This document shows, piece by piece, positions 44,141-54,492 of a DNA stretch of 64,000 nt. Numbering within the stretch: the stretch's first letter is position 1; each line of letters begins with the position of its first letter. The stretch lies in contig CAWCNY010000001.1 in assembly GCA_963797095.1 (NCBI GenBank), positions 352,001 to 416,000 on the forward strand, in the 5' to 3' direction. The position numbers and the translations under genes were made by a program. Source of the DNA: an uncultured Chloroflexia bacterium (GTDB lineage: Bacteria > Chloroflexota > Chloroflexia > QHBQ01 > JADMIH01). Under the pieces are notes generated by a model that was not told the origin of the DNA, did no database searches, and worked only from the letters and a program-made list of their open reading frames with translations.

Positions 44141-44533
44141 ATGAGCAAGGAAAACCTCAACCGCATACTGTTTGTCGAAGATGAGAGTGATATCCAGGCC
44201 GTTGCAAGGCTGGCGCTGGAGGCAGTTGGTGGGTTTGCCGTCCAGATATGCAGTTCCGGCAGCGAGGCGTTGCAAAAGGCTCCGATCTTCTCCCCGGACC
44301 TCATACTGTTGGACGTAATGATGCCTGTCATGGACGGTCCGAGCACACTCAAAGCGCTCCGCCAGCTCCCTTCCACGTTCAGAACGCCAATTGTCTTTAT
44401 GACAGCCAAAGTACAGCCACAGGAGCGCAGGTACTACGAAGAGCTTGGCGCAATCGGGGTGATTCCCAAACCCTTCGATCCGATGACGCTCTCCTCGACT
44501 ATCCAATCTATCTGGAAAGAGCGCGGGCCGTGA
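44141..44533 (+). CDS. Single-domain response regulator
   Basis: ILFVEDE, ILLDVMMP.MDG, FMTA, KPFD. Confidence 0.95.
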   Translation: MSKENLNRILFVEDESDIQAVARLALEAVGGFAVQICSSGSEALQKAPIFSPDLILLDVMMPVMDGPSTLKALRQLPSTFRTPIVFMTAKVQPQERRYYEELGAIGVIPKPFDPMTLSSTIQSIWKERGP

Positions 44534-46413
44534 CCGCTACTGGGTTCACAGTGCAGGAGCAATTGTCGGCTCTACGGGAGGCATATGCTCGTGGCTTGCC
44601 CGAAAAACTTGAGCGAATGACACTGGCATGGCAAGAAATACGTGCCGAAATACGTGCCAACAAAAGGGCTGAACCGCAAAGAGCAAGGACTGAATCGGAT
44701 AGCTTTCTTCAACCTGCCTGCGAAGAGGCAAAGGAACGATTGCACCGAGGCGCGCACAGTCTCGCAGGTTCGGGAGCATCGTTCGGCTTCGCAGAGTTGA
44801 GCGTAGCGGCACGCGAGCTTGAGGTTTATTTGCAGGAAGTACTGGACCGAGGCACGGAATTCAACCCATTGGAGATGGAACAAGTTGAGTTGCTGCTCGC
44901 CACTCTACATCAGGCTGCGCATAAGGGAAAGATTGGGGCACCTAGACTCACCGCCGAGCAGACAGAGCACGATGGAGCCGCTCAGGTCTCAGTCGTGGCT
45001 CCCCAGACCTCAGTAACACAGAGCCGAGTAGATACGCAATACGAAGAGCGTGGCAAAGTTGTATTGTTGCTGGAAAAGGATGGCGAATTGGCGCGGGACC
45101 TTGCCGCTCAGATCAGCTACTTCGGATACCAGGTTCGCGTTCTCGATAGATGCGGTGATCTCCAACAGGCGTTTGAACAGTTCGCGCCTATTGCAGTGAT
45201 CACCGACATCGGTGACACAGATGATATAGATGAAGACCCAGCCTATATTCGATCTCTGACCAGGGTCCACGAGGCCAGGGACGTATGCGATGCAGAAACG
45301 CAGCGCAACACATCTCCACTCAGACCTGTCCCGCCGGTGATCTTCCTATCGGCGCGTGACGACATAATCACTCGTTTGCAAGCGGTTCGGTTGGGTGGGG
45401 CGGCCTATTTCACAAAGCCGGTGGGGGTGGATAGAATAGTCAGTAAGCTGGACGAGCTTGTCTCGCCGCAAGCCTCCGACCCATTCCGCATCCTGGTGAT
45501 AGACGATGAACCTGAGCTTGCCGCCTACCATGCGTCTATGCTGGAGAGCGCTGATATGCTGACCACGGTGATCAGTGACCCGATGCTGGCCTTGACTGCG
45601 TTGCTCGAAAGCAAGCCCGATCTGATCCTGATGGATATGCATATGCCTGGATGCACAGGCGTGGAACTCGCGGGAGTGATACGCCAGCAGGAGGCTTACG
45701 TCAGCGTGCCTATCGTCTATTTGTCTGCTGAGACCAATGTCGACAAACAATTGGCAGCGATGAGGCTAGGCGGCGACAGCTTCCTTACCAAGCCTATTCG
45801 TCCCGATCACCTGATCTCGGCGGTACGCGGGAGGGTAGAGCGTTTGCGCGTGTTACGCTCCTTCATGGTGCGCGACAGCCTGACAGGCTTGCTCAACCAC
45901 ACGGTCATAAAAGAACAGTTAGCTCTAGAGGTAGCACGCACAGTGCGAGTGGGCAGAGAAGGTCGAGAGATGGATATGTGCTTCGCTCTCATCGATATCG
46001 ACCACTTCAAGTTGGTGAACGATACTTATGGGCACATGACAGGTGATCGCGTTATAAAGAGCATATCGCGTCTGTTGAAGCAGAGGCTGCGCAAATCGGA
46101 TATGGTCGGGCGGTATGGTGGAGAAGAGTTCGCCATTATATTGCCCAACACAGCGGAAGCAGGGGCGGCGAAGCTGCTGGACGAGCTTCGCGATGGCTTT
46201 TCACAGGTGCGCCACCAGAGCGAAGAGCGCGAGTTTTATGTGACATTCAGTGCCGGCGTGGCGCAGCTCTCTGCGCAATTCGCCGACGCCGGTCAGCTTA
46301 GCAGTGCCGCGGATAGGGCCTTATATGAAGCTAAGGCTCAGGGCCGCAACTGCGTGGCTATAGCGACCCCTTTCTCTCCGCGCTCGCTACATAGTCAGGG
46401 CTTTGAGGGCTAA
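44530..46413 (+). CDS. Hpt-REC-REC-GGDEF diguanylate cyclase
   Basis: AHSLAGS Hpt; two REC domains; DSLTGLLN, DIDHFK.VND.YGH, RKSD I-site, GRYGGEEF; GTG overlaps upstream TGA. Confidence 0.93.
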   Translation: MTATGFTVQEQLSALREAYARGLPEKLERMTLAWQEIRAEIRANKRAEPQRARTESDSFLQPACEEAKERLHRGAHSLAGSGASFGFAELSVAARELEVYLQEVLDRGTEFNPLEMEQVELLLATLHQAAHKGKIGAPRLTAEQTEHDGAAQVSVVAPQTSVTQSRVDTQYEERGKVVLLLEKDGELARDLAAQISYFGYQVRVLDRCGDLQQAFEQFAPIAVITDIGDTDDIDEDPAYIRSLTRVHEARDVCDAETQRNTSPLRPVPPVIFLSARDDIITRLQAVRLGGAAYFTKPVGVDRIVSKLDELVSPQASDPFRILVIDDEPELAAYHASMLESADMLTTVISDPMLALTALLESKPDLILMDMHMPGCTGVELAGVIRQQEAYVSVPIVYLSAETNVDKQLAAMRLGGDSFLTKPIRPDHLISAVRGRVERLRVLRSFMVRDSLTGLLNHTVIKEQLALEVARTVRVGREGREMDMCFALIDIDHFKLVNDTYGHMTGDRVIKSISRLLKQRLRKSDMVGRYGGEEFAIILPNTAEAGAAKLLDELRDGFSQVRHQSEEREFYVTFSAGVAQLSAQFADAGQLSSAADRALYEAKAQGRNCVAIATPFSPRSLHSQGFEG

Positions 46414-46417
46414 TCCC

Positions 46418-49400
46418 ATGACATTACGCATGACGTTACAAACGAAGACGTTAGGCACTATCCTCCTGACCTCCGCCGCCCTGTTGATAGGCCTCTATTT
46501 CGCGTCCCAGCGCATACTGGAGGGCAGCTTCTCGCAGCTGGAGAACCAGGATTTACGGGACGATGTGGCGCGCGTGCAGGGTGCTCTGGATGACAATCTG
46601 GCGTCCTTGGAGAGCACTACTCGCGATTGGTCTACCTGGGACGATACGTACGCCTACGTACAGGACCACAACCAGAACTACTACAACTCCAATCTGGCCG
46701 ACGACACAACCATGGCCAACACCCAGCTCAACCTCATGGTGTTCGTCGATTCCCAGGCGCACATAGTCTTTGCAAAAGCCTTTGATTACAACGCAGGCAA
46801 TGAGCTGCCCGTGCCACGGGGCTTACAGGAGCAAATCTATCCGGGCAGCCCGTTACTGCAGCATCCCAACGCGGATAGTAGCATCAAAGGCTTTCTATCT
46901 CTCCCGGACGTCCCCATGCTCATCGCATCGGAGCCCATATTGCCCAGCGCAGGCGAAGGCCAAGTGGAGGGCACGCTCATCTTCGGGCGATTCCTTGATA
47001 AGAATGCGCTCCAGCACCTGGCAAAGACCACTGCAGTTGGCATAACGCTCCAGCCAATAGACGATCCACAGATGAGCCCGGACTTCAAACAGGCGCTTGC
47101 GACGCTAACGGAAACATCCTCGATTAGCATACGACCACTGGACCAAGCCGCCATTGCCGGGTACGATCTACAAAATGATGTCTATAGCAAGCCCGCGCTT
47201 ATCCTCAGGGTGGACACCGAGCGAGCCATATATGCACAGGGTCAACAGACGATCCAGTACTTCATATACGTGTTGGCGGCAGCGGGCGTAGTGTTCGGCC
47301 TCGTGATCATGGTAGTTATGAGGAGGCTCGTGCTGGCGAGGTTGGCCCGGCTCAAAAGCAACATTAGCAGCATAGCGGCAAGCAAAGACATGTTGGCCGG
47401 GATAACTATGGATGGCAACGACGAATTGTCGAGCCTGGCACGATCGGTCAATGAGATGCTGATCGAGTTACACCGCGCACGAGAGGAACAGAAAAAGGGG
47501 GAGGAAGTCTTCTTCAAGGCATTTCAGGCCAACCCCATGTTCCAGATACTTACCAGCCTGGCGGATCAACGCATCGTCGCTGTGAACGATGCCTGCTTGC
47601 TCCTGACCGGCTACTCTAAGGAAGAACTAATAGGCCATGCAACAATGGACCTCAGTACCTGGCTTGAGCCTGCTCAGCTCGCGGTGCTGGGGCAAACCCT
47701 GCGAGAGGAGGGCTGTGTAAGCAATATGGAGCTTGTCATACGAACCAAGCCCGGGAAGACCCTCTCTTTTCTTTATTCTGCTGTGCCGGTGGAGGTCGGT
47801 GGTGAACCTTGCCTGCTGTCGACCGCTATTGACATCACCCAACGTATCGCGGCAGAGGGATCGCTCAAAGCGAACCAGGCGCAGTTGACAGGGATTATTG
47901 CCTCCGCAATGGATGCCATCATTACTGTGGACAGAGAACAGCAGATCGTCATCTTCAACTCGGCTGCCGAGAAGATGTTCGGTTATACCGCAGAGGAAGT
48001 GGTCGGGCAGCGCCTGGATATGCTGATCCCCGAGCGCTTCAGAGAGGCACACGCTGTATACGTCGACAGATTCGCGCACACCAGCGCGACCAGCCGTACG
48101 ATGTTGTCGCTGGGCAGTATAACCGGTCTGCGAGCAAATGGGGAGGAATTCCCGATCGAGGCTTCCATATCCAGGATCATGCCTGGTCCGCGAGCCCTCC
48201 TCACGGTGATTCTTCGCGACATCACAGAGCGGGTGAAAGCGGATGAAGCTCAGCGCCTCTCAGCAGAGATCCTGAAGCGTGTTGGGTCGCTTGTAATGGT
48301 CGCCAATCGAGATGGTTCGATCGCTTACGCCGGTCCATCTGTGGAAACGATATTGGGTTATAAGCCTGAAGAGGTGTTGGGAGATGGCTGGTGGCGCCTT
48401 ACCAGCAGTGAGGGGGCCAACCGGCTGAACGAGAAGAAACGTATTATATGCGAGGCCACAGGCAAGATCGCTGTTCTCGATAAGCCGTACGAACGCGCGA
48501 TCACGGCCAAAGATGGCACCGTATACTCCATACTCTGGCAGGATACCCAGGGGACCGGTGGGCAAATCATCGGTATTGGACAGGACATTACCGATCGCAA
48601 GAGGGCCGAGGAGAGCCTACGCAGGAGCGAAGAGCGCTTCAGGCTGATGTTCGCCAGCAATCCGCTACCTATGTGGGTATATGACATCGAGTTGCTGCGG
48701 TTTCTGGAGGTAAATGAAGCAGCCTTAGCGCACTATGGCTACTCCAAAGACGAGTTCCTGTCGATGACAATCATGGATATCCGTCCACCCGAGGAGATCC
48801 CTCATCTCCTCGAGAATCTTGCCCACACGCGTCCTCCACTGCAACAGTCAGGCGAATGGAGACATCAAACGAAAGACGGGCAGACGATAGATGTGCAAAT
48901 CACCTCACATACCTTCCAATTCGGTGAGCGCAGCGCCGCACTGGTTGTCGCCCAGGATATCACCGAGCGCAAGAAAATGGAGGAAGCCCGTCTCGCTGCC
49001 GAGGCAGCCGAACAGGCCAATCGCGCCAAGAGTGAATTCCTTTCGCGTATGAGCCACGAACTGCGTACCCCGCTCAACTCCATACTGGGATTCTCTCAAC
49101 TGCTGCAAATGTCCGAGCTGAGCCCAAAACAATCCCGAAACCTGGACTACGTCTTGAGGGGGGGACGGCACCTCCTCGAACTGATCAACGAAGTGCTTGA
49201 TATCGCCCGCATCGAGTTCTGGACACTCCGGCATCTCTCTGGAGCCGGTTGATGTACAGGAAGCGCTGCGGGAATGCCTCGACCTGATAACGCCTATGGC
49301 TGCCCAGCGGAAGGTGACGATTCACACAGACGACTCACTTCAGCATCCCTGGCACGTCATGGCAGATCGCCAGCGATTGAGGCAGGTTTTGCTGAACATC

Positions 49401-50165
49401 ATGACCAATGCAGTCAAATATGACCGCGATGGAGGTCGGGTCTCGCTGGCATGCGAAGAGGCGGCAGGCAAACTGCGCATACGAGTCAGCGATACAGGCC
49501 CCGGCATCAGTTCGGACAATCTGGTGAAGTTGTTCACCCCTTTTGAGAGACTGGGGGTAGAGCAAACAGGCGTAGAGGGGACGGGGCTGGGTCTGACGTT
49601 ATCCAAGAACCTGGTAGAGGCGATGAATGGCACTATCGGTGTGGAGAGCGCCCTAGGCCAGGGGAGCACGTTTTGGGTAGGACTGAACATTGTTGAAAAC
49701 CCAGTGCAGCAACTGGAGAAGCAACAGTCAGGACCCATTTCCGGGAAGTTACTGTCCACCGAGGCGCGCACCGTACTGTACGTAGAGGATAACCTGCCTA
49801 ACGTTAAGCTGATTGAAGGGATCTTGGAAAAAGTGCAGGGTATCAAACTCCTTACAGCCATGCAGGGCATGCTTGCTATTGAGATGGCCAGGCATGAACA
49901 AATCGACCTGATCCTGCTCGACCTGCATCTGCCCGATATAATGGGCGACGAGGTGCTGATGAGGTTAAAAGAAGACCCTCGTACGTGTTCTATCCCGGTG
50001 GTAGTGATCAGTGCAGATGCAACGCAGGCACAGATAGAGCGATTGCGCGCAGCCGGTGCGTACGAATACCTGACCAAGCCACTCTCAATTAAGACCTTTC
50101 TGCGCGTCTTGGACGAGATACTGAAGTTAGGAGGAGCGAACTCGGGGAGCGAACTTAGTGGGTAG
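46418..50165 (+). CDS. CHASE4-HAMP-multi-PAS hybrid histidine kinase, +1 frameshift near 49217
   Basis: TM, DWSTWDDTY CHASE4 motif, TM, DELSSLA HAMP, four PAS, MSHELRTPL; HATPase + REC continue in ORF 49197-50165. Confidence 0.9.
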
Positions 50166-50314
50166 AGCATTCTTGCGTGACTGCGTGTCGGTATCAAGAT
50201 GAGCAATCAGCAGTCAACTGTCAGCCGTAAGCTTTATTCCCCGAAAGCTGAGAGCTGAAAGCTGACAAATGGAACTCGAGAATCCGACCAGTCAATGGAA
50301 CAAGAAACGGTACA

Positions 50315-50527
50315 GGCCTGTTGCTAAGATTCCGGCGAGAAGCTACAGGGTGCCAGATAACCAGCCAGGTTTGAGCGTGAACCAGTTGGTCAGTGTCTGC
50401 CCAAACGCCATTTTGGAGCGGATTCAACGGGAAACGGTGTTCGCTAGTTATCTGGCATCTTGGAGCGACACAACAGCGCAGTTATCTGGGGCGTTGTAGG
50501 ATTCCGTCGGAATCTTAGCAACAGGCA
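50315..50527. mobile_element. MITE-like element with 46-bp imperfect TIRs
   Basis: GCCTGTTGCTAAGATTCC (50316-50333) perfectly inverted at 50509-50526; 77 bp of the left end repeated at 62423-62499. Confidence 0.85.
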
Positions 50528-51378
50528 GATTCGACTTCCTGGGCTTCTCCGTGCGTCACTTCCCGACCGGCAAAACCTGGCAGGGCAGCGAATGGCGGAG
50601 AAAACACCCGTACAAGATGCTCATCAAACCCAATACACAGGCTATCAAGCGACACCATCATGCACTTCGGGCGGTGGTCCGAGCGCACAAAGCGGCACCC
50701 CAAAAGGCGCTGTTAGTGGCTCTCAACCCGATCATTCGTGGCTGGTCCATGTACTACCGCTCGGTCGTATCAAAGCGTATCTTCGCTTCATGCGATTACC
50801 ATCTGATGGCAACGCTCAAGCATTGGGCAGGCCGCCGCCACGGACACAAAAGCTCAGGATGGGTGTTTGGCAAGTACTGGCATAGGAACAGCAATGCGGG
50901 AGGGAGGCTGGAATTCTCAACCCCCGACGGCTTGCGACTTGTGCATCATGCTGATGTGCCAATCCAAAGACATGTGAAAGTGCGCGGGAAGGCCAGCCCT
51001 TATGACGGTAATCTTGTGTACTGGGCACAAAGACTACGAGACCACCCCTTGACGAGTAGCAGGATTGCACTCTTGCTCAAGCGGCAGGGAGGCAGGTGCG
51101 CACGCTGTGGATTGCTCTTCACCGACAAGGATAACGATAGCATTGAGGTAGACCATGTGACACCTCGCTCACGAGGCGGAGCACATGATCCAACCAACAT
51201 ACAAGTCCTGCACGGCCATTGCCACGATGAGAAAACTGCCGAGGATTGGTCACAATCCAGGAGGCAGCAGAGCGGTATTACTGACAAGGACCGCGTGACT
51301 GAGGAGCCGGATGAACCCAAAGGTTCACGTCCGGTTTTGAAGACGAGTCGTTCCCGCGAGGGTGCGACTTAGTTCAAC
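50528..51378 (+). mobile_element. Group II intron 3' remnant (RT domain 7, maturase, HNH, DV-DVI)
   Basis: FDFLGF, LNPIIRGWSMYY, SPYDG...YW, C..C...EVDH.....GG......N...LH..CH; DV GAGCCGGATGAA...TTCACGTCCGGTTT; ends AAC; no YADD or 5' end. Confidence 0.92.
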
Positions 51379-51491
51379 ACACCTTCGCTCATTTTACCCC
51401 CAAATGGCTGCCGGCCGCTGATCGGGGGCTCGCACCGGCCGGCAACCCAAGCAGACAAGATGCCTGGCCATCACCTGCCAGGCATCCCCGT

Positions 51492-51851
51492 TCAGAAGCT
51501 GATGCTCGACGCGCCCGATGCCATATACTGGGCGACGTAGGCGGCTGTAACCATCTGGGCGCCTTTGATCAGATCGCTCTCGGTGATGCCGCGTGGCTTG
51601 GCGCACGTGCCGCACACCCATATCTGGCCGCCGTTGCCCACGAACGAGTCCATGACCTCTTTGAGAGGCTGGAAGCCTTCCTTGCGGATGTCGTCTGCGT
51701 AGCCCGGTGTTGCCAGCCTGACGCCTTCGATTGTGAGAAGCACCACGGTGGACTGGTCGGCCGCTGCCGCCACGTTGCCGAATATGAATGAGAGGATAGC
51801 CCGTTCCGGGTCCTCCTTGCCATACGAGCAGCTTACAAGTAGATTAGCCAT
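51492..51851 (-). CDS. DsrE/DsrF-like family protein
   Basis: LTIEGVRLA, GGQIWVCGTCAKPRGI. Confidence 0.85.
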   Translation of the reverse strand: MANLLVSCSYGKEDPERAILSFIFGNVAAAADQSTVVLLTIEGVRLATPGYADDIRKEGFQPLKEVMDSFVGNGGQIWVCGTCAKPRGITESDLIKGAQMVTAAYVAQYMASGASSISF

Positions 51852-51875
51852 AGCATTGCCTCCTTGGTTTATGTC

Positions 51876-52166
51876 TTATTTCTTTCGGATGTAGAAGTGC
51901 AGTACTCCATCTCCGCTCTCGGTGGCGGCCTGCAGAGGGTTGCCGGTGAGGGCGCACCAGGCCGGCACATCCAGCCGGGCCGAAGGGTCGTCTACGCTGA
52001 CCAGCAGAACCTGGCCGGACTCGAGCTCTTTCAATCTCGCCTTGATGAGCGGAGTGAGGGTGGCGCAAGCGGCTCCCACGTTATCGCCTATGCCTAGATA
52101 CTCCAGTATGGCAGCGGGCTCGAAGGCCACGGCCTGCGCCAGAGCACTTTGATCGCTGCTGTTCAT
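51876..52166 (-). CDS. TusA/SirA-like sulfur carrier
   Basis: CATLTP, L..GQVL.V..DDP.A..D.PAWC..TGN, FYIRK. Confidence 0.85.
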   Translation of the reverse strand: MNSSDQSALAQAVAFEPAAILEYLGIGDNVGAACATLTPLIKARLKELESGQVLLVSVDDPSARLDVPAWCALTGNPLQAATESGDGVLHFYIRKK

Positions 52167-52353
52167 GATCACCTCCGTTCTTATCGTCGATCTGTTGGTT
52201 TGGGTGTCTACGTCCCTTGTCGTCAATCGAAGTCCCGCTTGCAGCCCCTGGCAGCTTCTGTTCCCCATCGTAGCGATATGGGGCCGGGCGCGTATTCGTA
52301 GAAATACCGCAATAGCTGCGAGGGGTTACGGTATTATTCCACACAAGCCACCG

Positions 52354-53619
52354 TTAGCTGACAGCTAGCGCCGGTACTTCTCTTATCTCGGCACGGGCCA
52401 CTATGTCGCCGGCGACGCGCTCTGCGTCCTCGCCCACGCCGTACAGCAGGCTTGACTTCTGCTTGGGGACGAAAGGTATGCCGAGGAAATAGAGGCCCGG
52501 GAAGTCTGCTGCTATCTGCTGCCTGGGCAGACCGTGCTCATCGAAGGCCGCCACGTTCACCCACTTGAAATCGGCGCTATAGCCGGTCGCCCATATGACA
52601 GTACCGACTCCGGCCGTCTTCAGGTCAAGCTCTGATAGCAGAGGGGGAGGGCTCCATTGTCTGAGCTCCTCGCTGCGAGTCTCTGGATCCTCGGGTGCAT
52701 CAAGGCCATTCCTGGCCACGAACTCGTCAATCGTTTTCATAACGGTCGCCGAGAAGCCGTCCACCATCGCCAGCTTTTCCCAGAGGTCGGGAGTGATGGA
52801 GAGAGTGTCGCCATGCACAGCGCCGATACGCCCGAGGAGAGTCACGCCGTCTTGCGCGAATCTGTGCAAGTTGAGACTATGCCCTCCGTCCTTCCCTGAA
52901 GCCTGGGGATTGCCCGCGAAGCGCGCCATTGGTGTGGGGAGTTGCTGAGGGGTCCTGTCGAGGAATCCTGTGATGGCGAGCCACACCGCGCAATCCGTGC
53001 CGCGATAGCGTCTGGGTACTCTGCCCGCGCTACCCACCGACAAATATACTTTTCGCCCGCTCTGGTACAGCTCCTCGGTGATCTGGCACCCTGACTGCCC
53101 GCTGCCAACCACCAGCACTGCCCCCTCGGGCAGCGTGTTCGGGTTGCGGTACTGGCCGGAATGTATTTGCGATATGCCGGCAGGAAGGTCGGCGCTCCAG
53201 GCAGATGGCTTGGGAGCCTGGTATGCACCGGCCGCAACCACCACGTTATCGGCAATGTAGTCGCCTTCGCCGGTCGTCACACGGTAGGTGCTGTCCTCCA
53301 ACCAGTCTACGGAAGTAACCTCTACTCCCGTTCGGACCGGAGCGTTAAACGAGGCAGCGTAGGCCTCCAGGTAATCGACAACGCCCTGGCGCGGCATGAA
53401 GCCGTCCGGATCGTCGCCCTTGTAAGCAAAGCCGGGCAGATTAGTCATGCAGTTCGGTGTGACCAGCGTAAAGGAGTCCCACCGTCCGCTGCGCCATGCC
53501 TCGCCCACTCTTCGCCGTTCGAGTAGAACGTGCTCACGCCCCTGTTGAGTCAGATAGTAGCTGGCGGAAAGCCCCGCCTGTCCGGCCCCTATGATAACCG
53601 TCTCTATGCGTTCCGCCAT
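52354..53619 (-). CDS. Flavin-dependent monooxygenase-like oxidoreductase (TrkA/CzcO-like)
   Basis: IIGAGQAG, RWDSF.LVTPN, HSGQYRNP, VVGSGQSG.QI, WATGY, GLYFLG. Confidence 0.9.
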   Translation of the reverse strand: MAERIETVIIGAGQAGLSASYYLTQQGREHVLLERRRVGEAWRSGRWDSFTLVTPNCMTNLPGFAYKGDDPDGFMPRQGVVDYLEAYAASFNAPVRTGVEVTSVDWLEDSTYRVTTGEGDYIADNVVVAAGAYQAPKPSAWSADLPAGISQIHSGQYRNPNTLPEGAVLVVGSGQSGCQITEELYQSGRKVYLSVGSAGRVPRRYRGTDCAVWLAITGFLDRTPQQLPTPMARFAGNPQASGKDGGHSLNLHRFAQDGVTLLGRIGAVHGDTLSITPDLWEKLAMVDGFSATVMKTIDEFVARNGLDAPEDPETRSEELRQWSPPPLLSELDLKTAGVGTVIWATGYSADFKWVNVAAFDEHGLPRQQIAADFPGLYFLGIPFVPKQKSSLLYGVGEDAERVAGDIVARAEIREVPALAVS

Positions 53620-53745
53620 CGGATATACCTCCTATGAGCTTGCCTCTCTTGACCGGGCGAGCCACCTGCTATTTCGCCCTTGGCCCACATGCTAGCATCT
53701 CCTGAAGGCGTTAACTTCGCACTCTCAGGCCATTCGGCGCGCCAC

Positions 53746-53771
53746 CACTATGGCCTATTTAGGCCATAGTG
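53746..53771. promoter_or_regulatory. Perfect palindrome upstream of the monooxygenase gene (putative operator)
   Basis: CACTATGGCCT-ATTT-AGGCCATAGTG; no U-tract on either side. Confidence 0.55.
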
Positions 53772-53885
53772 CATGATCAGGGTGTTTGTTGGGGAAGATA
53801 ATGGCGTGCGGGGGACCTCCCCTGCCGGAGGCTTGAGGTGCCTTGTTGTGAGCGGTCTGTCGAGAACGGCCCGCGATAGCCGGTC

Positions 53886-54345
53886 CTATTCCAATTCAGG
53901 GCCCGCAACGTTCACTACGGTGATCCCGCTACAAGCGCGCGCCACCACAAAAACCACTTCTTCATCCCCGAGGGCTTCCTCCTTATGAACAGCGCCAGAC
54001 CCAACAGAAAGAAAATCGCCCTGGGCCACCTCGGCACTCTCGCTGCCGTCCTTTCCCCAGTGGAAGCGAGCCCAGGAAATCGCCTGGACCCACCTCCAGG
54101 CTTTCGGCACCGCCCTTGCCCCAGCGGAGGCGCGCCCGCCCTTGCAGCACGTAGAGGCCGGTCTCACAATCGCCGTGGTGGTGCCAGCCGCTCACCGCGC
54201 CGGCAGGCGATGTTGCCAGGCCCATCCATAGATCCCGGTTGCCCGTGGTCTCCGGTGCGATGGCAGCCTCGCGCCGTATGCCGCTGGTTTGCGCCTTAGC
54301 TCCGCTCAGTCGACCTGCACGAATGGCTTGAATTGCTCTGTTCAT
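53886..54345 (-). pseudogene. Cupin-domain gene, out-of-frame chimera of two paralog halves
   Basis: SGWHHHGDCET..YVLQG motif 1; segment ARLRWGKGGAESLEVGPGDFL followed out of frame by ARFHWGKDGSESAEVAQGDFL...VHKE. Confidence 0.8.
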
Positions 54346-54492
54346 CTCAATGTACTCCTTTCAAATGTCTGTATGTTGCTCGAAGTCGCGGATTTCGGCA
54401 TCGCTTGGGTGGGTCACTATTTTCACCCGGTAGGCAATGTTGGAAGCACCCTCTCCTTCCGCCTCGAACTGCCCCTCCACCTCGACCTCCAT

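Noticed and set aside
49340-50206. 288-aa minus-strand ORF
   Set aside because: Antisense shadow of the kinase HATPase/REC region.
50528-51378. RT as a retron, DGR or defence RT acting on the SLH repeats
   Set aside because: Maturase, HNH and DV/DVI identify a group II intron; the catalytic YADD region is absent and the SLH repeats lack adenine-specific variation.
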